Assembly (NCBI GenBank): GCA_035639655.1
Contig: DASQXO010000125.1
Location: forward strand, 1 to 44,212
Length of the DNA stretch: 44,212 nucleotides
Direction of reading: 5' to 3'
Source: Candidatus Dormiibacterota bacterium
GTDB taxonomy: Bacteria; Chloroflexota; Limnocylindria; P2-11E; CF-107
The position numbers and the translations under genes were made by a program. The notes beneath the pieces are model-generated. The model saw only the letters and a list, made by a program, of their open reading frames with translations, was not told the DNA's origin and ran no database searches. Of the stretch, positions 42,254 to 44,212 are shown one piece after another (the first letter of the stretch is position 1; every line of letters begins with the position of its first letter).

Positions 42254-43609
42254 GTGACCGCCGAGGTCGTCGTCGCGCGCCGCGTCGGCGCCGTCGACGA
42301 CGGCCGGGAGATCCTGGGCTGGTCGTTCTACGACTGGGCGAACTCCGCGTTCCCGACGACCGTCGTGACGGTGTTCCTCGGGCCGTACCTCACGAGCGTC
42401 ACGAGGGCCGCGGCCGACGGCGCCGGCTTCGTCCACCCGCTCGGCATCGCGATCGCTGCCGGCGCCTTCTTCCCCTACCTCGTCTCGCTCGCGGTGCTGC
42501 TGCAGCTCGTCACGCTGCCGGTGCTGGGCGCGATCGCGGACTACTCGCGCGCCAAGAAGCCGCTGCTCGCGCTCTTCGCGTTCGCCGGCGCGGCCGCGAC
42601 CGCCGCCCTGTACTTCGTCTCGGGCGCGAACTACCTCCTCGGCGCGGCGCTCTTCCTCGTCGCGAACACGAGCTTCGGAGCGTCGGTCGTCTTCTACAAC
42701 GCGTTCCTGCCGGAGATCGCGAGCCCGGATCGCCGCGACTACGTCTCGTCGCTCGGCTGGGCGATCGGCTATCTCGGCGGCGGCATCCTGCTGGCGGCGA
42801 ACCTCGTCCTCGTCTTCCGCGCCGAGGCCCTCGGCATCAGCACGGCCGACGCCGCGCGTGTGAGCCTCGCGTCCGCGGGGATCTGGTGGGCCGTCTTCAC
42901 GCTGATCCCGCTGGCCGCGCTGCGCTCGCGCGATCCGATCAAACGGCTGCCGCCGGGCGCGAGCTACCTCACGATCGGATTCGCGCAGCTGCGCTCCACG
43001 CTCGCTCGCGCCCGCGCGCTTCCGCACACGCTGCTGTTCCTCGTCGCCTACCTCATCTACGCCGACGGGATCCAGACGGTGATCACCCTTTCGTCGCAGT
43101 TCGGACAGGAGGAGCTCGGCCTCTCGATCTCGACGCTGACCGCGGTGATCCTGATGGTGCAGTTCGTCGCGTTCCTCGGCACGCTCGCGATCGGTTGGAT
43201 CGCGCGGCGAGCCGGGACGAAGCGCACGGTCATCGGCTCCCTCGTGCTGTGGATCGGCGTCCTCGTGTACGCGTACGGCTTCCTCTACACGGCCACGCAG
43301 TTCTGGGCGCTCGGCGTCGCGATCGCGCTCGTGCTCGGCGGCACGCAGGCGCTCTCACGATCGCTCTACTCGCTGATGATCCCGAGGGGTCAGGAGGCGG
43401 AGTACTTCTCGCTGTACGAGGTCAGCGACAAAGGCACGTCGTGGCTCGGCCCGCTCCTGTTCGGCCTGGCGCTGCAGTTCACCGGCTCGTACCGGCTCGC
43501 GATCGTCTCGATCGTCGTGTTCTTCATCGCCGGGATGGCGCTGCTGTCGCGGGTCGACGTGCGCGAAGCGGCACGCGAGGCGGGGAACCAGGCCCCCGCG
43601 CACGCGTAG
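42254..43609 (+). CDS. MFS transporter (UMF1/Atg22-like family)
   Basis: 451-aa ORF with about 12 TM spans and an N-terminal ILGWSFYDWANSAFPTTVVTVF block typical of UMF1. GTG start with TACGCT 8 nt upstream. Confidence 0.85.
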   Translation: MTAEVVVARRVGAVDDGREILGWSFYDWANSAFPTTVVTVFLGPYLTSVTRAAADGAGFVHPLGIAIAAGAFFPYLVSLAVLLQLVTLPVLGAIADYSRAKKPLLALFAFAGAAATAALYFVSGANYLLGAALFLVANTSFGASVVFYNAFLPEIASPDRRDYVSSLGWAIGYLGGGILLAANLVLVFRAEALGISTADAARVSLASAGIWWAVFTLIPLAALRSRDPIKRLPPGASYLTIGFAQLRSTLARARALPHTLLFLVAYLIYADGIQTVITLSSQFGQEELGLSISTLTAVILMVQFVAFLGTLAIGWIARRAGTKRTVIGSLVLWIGVLVYAYGFLYTATQFWALGVAIALVLGGTQALSRSLYSLMIPRGQEAEYFSLYEVSDKGTSWLGPLLFGLALQFTGSYRLAIVSIVVFFIAGMALLSRVDVREAAREAGNQAPAHA

Positions 43610-43611
43610 CG

Positions 43612-44115
43612 ATGACGCGCGCCGACGAGCTCGCGCGCGAGCTCACCGCGATGTTCGAGGCGGACCAGGCGCTGCGGCGCGAGGCGGCGGGCGATCGCGA
43701 GCGCTGGCCCGCCCTGGCCGCCCTTGACCGCAGGCACACCGCGCGGTTGCGTGAGATCGTCAACGAGATCGGGTGGCCGTCGATCCCGCTGGTCGGGGAG
43801 ATCGCGGCCCAGGCGGCGTGGCTCATCGCGCAGCACGCCGACCAGGACCGCGCCTTCCAGCGGCGCTGCCTCGAGCTCATGCGCGAGCTGCCGGACGGTG
43901 CGGTGTGGCCGCGCCACATCGCGTACCTCGAGGACCGCGTCCTCGTCGGAGCCGGTGAGCCGCAGCGCTACGGCACGCAGCTGCGGCCCGCGGCCGGCGG
44001 TGGGTTCGAGCCGGCCCCGATCGCGGACCCAGCGCGCGTCGACGAGCGGCGCGCGAGCGTCGGGCTGGAGCCGCTCGCCGAATACCTCGCGCTCGCGAGG
44101 GAGAGCCTTCGCTAG
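43612..44115 (+). CDS. Hypothetical protein (DUF6624-like)
   Basis: 167-aa ORF starting 2 nt after the MFS stop. GWPSIPLVGEIAAQAAWLIAQHADQDRAFQRRCLELM...YLEDRVLVGAGEPQRYGTQ matches a widespread actinobacterial family, from memory only. Confidence 0.55.
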   Translation: MTRADELARELTAMFEADQALRREAAGDRERWPALAALDRRHTARLREIVNEIGWPSIPLVGEIAAQAAWLIAQHADQDRAFQRRCLELMRELPDGAVWPRHIAYLEDRVLVGAGEPQRYGTQLRPAAGGGFEPAPIADPARVDERRASVGLEPLAEYLALARESLR

Positions 44116-44212
44116 CGCGCGAGCGCCGCCTCGATCTGCGCGATGTGCTCCATGCGGTGCAGATGCCGGCGCGCCCAGCGGGGCTTTCCCGCGGCGGTCA
44201 CGGCCTCGACGC
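44112..44212 (-). CDS. 3' end of an unidentified gene running off the right edge
   Basis: The minus-strand frame reads ...VEAVTAAGKPRWARRHLHRMEHIAQIEAALAR-stop with high GC3. Only 33 codons are visible, and a DinB-like C-terminus is no more than a guess. Confidence 0.3.
   Translation of the reverse strand, partial: VEAVTAAGKPRWARRHLHRMEHIAQIEAALAR

Noticed and set aside
1-44212. Search by eye for rRNA, tRNA (GGTTCGA-type T-arm), CRISPR repeats, IS/transposase/integrase genes, toxin-antitoxin pairs, known phage-defence genes, and known riboswitch-length leaders.
   Set aside because: I found none. Intergenic regions are mostly under 100 bp, and every long ORF with motifs is accounted for by metabolic, regulatory, repair or translation genes. 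This is a visual scan and is no substitute for tRNAscan, Infernal or defence-system HMM searches.

Overview
Very GC-rich (about 70% by eye, not computed) and densely packed 44.2-kb chromosomal segment. Its style is Actinobacteria/Terrabacteria-like: many GTG/TTG starts, 4-nt start/stop overlaps and apparently leaderless operon-leading genes. I support about 50 protein-coding genes. I found no rRNA, tRNA, CRISPR array, transposase or integrase. Left to right: partial PlsC-type acyltransferase and a Crp/Fnr regulator (-); a LeuA-like synthase and a permuted LeuD-LeuC aconitase-family fusion (+); a small membrane protein (-); a YtrA-type GntR regulator with an ABC exporter (+); a stand-alone AEP primase-polymerase (+) convergent with a stand-alone ATP-dependent DNA ligase plus a DUF2795 protein (-); an orphan lipoprotein; an IPMDH/tartrate-dehydrogenase-family enzyme coupled to a thiolase; a triple-GAF GGDEF cyclase; two acyl-CoA dehydrogenase modules; YggT; an OmpR-type two-component system divergent from a secreted tandem-repeat protein. 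A 9-kb unidirectional minus-strand array follows: LuxR-TPR regulator, GNAT, thyA, URO-D-like enzyme, DUF401-like permease, HDAC/AcuC-like deacetylase, Yip1-like membrane protein, acetoacetyl-CoA-synthetase-like ligase. The right end holds a MoxR-DUF58-VWA-TPR (Bat-like) operon, an rplU-rpmA-rpmE-DUF1385-prfA operon, an MFS transporter and two small ORFs. The best candidate for an undescribed system is the five-gene translationally coupled UROD-like/DUF401/HDAC/Yip1/acyl-CoA-ligase cassette (23420-29343). Other points worth follow-up: the permuted aconitase fusion and split LeuA/LeuCD/LeuB-like set; overlapping back-to-back leaderless promoters at 1154-1172; a terminator-like 5' leader on rplU; a Ku-less ligase/Prim-Pol/DUF2795 module; a repeat array in a convergent gap. 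All family calls rest on motifs I read in the translations, since no database search was possible.
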